From the IMG/VR virus record IMGVR_UViG_2716884207_000004, positions 1,808 through 65,807 of that record: a stretch of DNA of 64,000 nt; one strand, written 5' to 3'. Shown one piece after another: positions 62,954 through 64,000 of this stretch (the first letter of the stretch is position 1; the number at the start of each line of letters is the position of its first letter). This DNA comes from a virus (taxonomy: Duplodnaviria; Caudoviricetes). The translations under genes were made by a program, and so were the position numbers. The notes beneath the pieces are model-generated. The model was not told where the DNA came from. It saw nothing but the letters and a program-made list of their open reading frames with translations, and searched no databases.

Positions 62954-64000
62954 TCATCTTCGTTTTATTTTACGCTGCTTATTTAGTTTTCCACGCACCT
63001 TATTTATTGCGGAATATTTTTCGTGTTGGGCCGTAAGTGAACTTCCGGATAGGTGCGTATACCTTTGCACCATCCGTAAATCACTATGCCCCAATAACAT
63101 TTGTAAATGGCGCATATCTCCGCCGCTTTCCAAATACATAGTGGCCGCCGTATGTCGGAATAAATGCGGATGCACCCGCTTCTTTATACCGACCTCTTTC
63201 GCATATTCAACGAGCCGTTTACGGAAATGATCGCGCGTTAAACGTTCACCGTAGTTAGCTAGAAAAATATATTCACTCTCAAAATCCGCACGATTTTCTA
63301 CTATTAATTCGTTTAGCATTTTCGCTGTACCAAACTCGATAGGAACCGTACGAGCTCGTCTGTTTTTCGCAATAGTAGCCGGAATATAAAGAGTACGCGC
63401 TGCAAAGTCGAAGTTTTCCTGCTTAAGTCCGAGCGCTTCCGAAATACGCATCATACCGTCTAATAAAACGTTCATTAAAACGTAGTCCCTAAAATCGGCA
63501 TACTCACGTTGATTTGGCGCAGCAAATAACATCCGAAGCTCGTCCTCGTCTAAGATCACGATTTCCTCTTCGGGCTCTCTGACGTTCTTTATGCCGTGCA
63601 TCGGATTATGTTCGATAAGTCCTTCGTCATAAAGCGTCTTAAAGAAAACGCGTAATGTTTTCAGTCGCGTGTTAATCGTGCCAGGCGCAAGTCCTTTCGT
63701 CATATGCTCGTCCTTCTTAAAGTAATGATCCTCGAATTTAACCCATTCGTCTTGCATATAGACGATATATTTCCGAATCACATCCCGGTTCATTTCGTGA
63801 ATGGATCGCGCGATTCCTTTGCGGTCTAGAAACTCGAGAAAAAAGCCGTAGTTGTCTTCGTATTGGCCGAGGGTAGATTCCGCCCGTCCCTCCGATTTCT
63901 TGATTGCGCGAAACTGGACGAAAAGCACATCGAGATTGCTCGTTGTCTTTCGTAACGTACGTTCCTTTTTAACGCGTTTTCCTGTTCTATTTGCGGACAT
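62954..64000 (-). CDS. Tyrosine integrase
   Basis: GMMRISEAL, HPHLFRHT, LLGHSD, RYTH; N-terminal core-binding domain. Confidence 0.95.
   Translation of the reverse strand: MSANRTGKRVKKERTLRKTTSNLDVLFVQFRAIKKSEGRAESTLGQYEDNYGFFLEFLDRKGIARSIHEMNRDVIRKYIVYMQDEWVKFEDHYFKKDEHMTKGLAPGTINTRLKTLRVFFKTLYDEGLIEHNPMHGIKNVREPEEEIVILDEDELRMLFAAPNQREYADFRDYVLMNVLLDGMMRISEALGLKQENFDFAARTLYIPATIAKNRRARTVPIEFGTAKMLNELIVENRADFESEYIFLANYGERLTRDHFRKRLVEYAKEVGIKKRVHPHLFRHTAATMYLESGGDMRHLQMLLGHSDLRMVQRYTHLSGSSLTAQHEKYSAINKVRGKLNKQRKIKRR

Larger units (their letters stand above)
1..64000. mobile_element. Temperate Bacillus siphovirus-type prophage, nearly complete; att sites not seen
   Basis: Continuous integrase, replication, nucleotide metabolism, packaging, head, tail and lysis modules; no host housekeeping genes. 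Confidence 0.95.

Noticed and set aside
1-64000. tRNA/rRNA genes, att sites, stop-codon reassignment
   Set aside because: None recognised by eye; genes read normally in code 11; prophage ends lie outside the window

Overview
The window holds almost all of one temperate siphovirus-type prophage. The host is inferred to be Bacillus subtilis group, from SigA promoters, strong GGAGG Shine-Dalgarno (SD) sites and Bacillus phage gene families. Most genes are on the minus strand. Right to left: tyrosine integrase; replication (split initiator with origin, DnaC-like loader, DnaB helicase, primase); an arbitrium-type locus (AimR receptor plus an unannotated AimP ending in INAIGG); a sigma-like gene broken at an A7 tract; SSB, family A polymerase, exonuclease and RuvC; nrdIEF, dUTPase, ThyX, dNMP kinase and a C5 methyltransferase; late regulators; a RepL-like gene; a 6-kb accessory island (GT2, poly-gamma-glutamate hydrolase, beta-helix protein, micro-peptides); terS, a recombinase-containing spacer and terL; head, tail and lysis genes; YolD; and an FtsK module cut by the left edge. 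Main observations: (1) four genes (terL, portal, late sigma-like factor, 3D protein) appear to start at ATC behind strong SD sites; (2) a possible cascade from AimR/AimP to a frameshift-split sigma-like gene to five copies of a CC-N17-CGCA promoter motif; (3) several structured non-coding elements and repeated operators. Family names come from motif recognition by eye; no database search or folding program was run.
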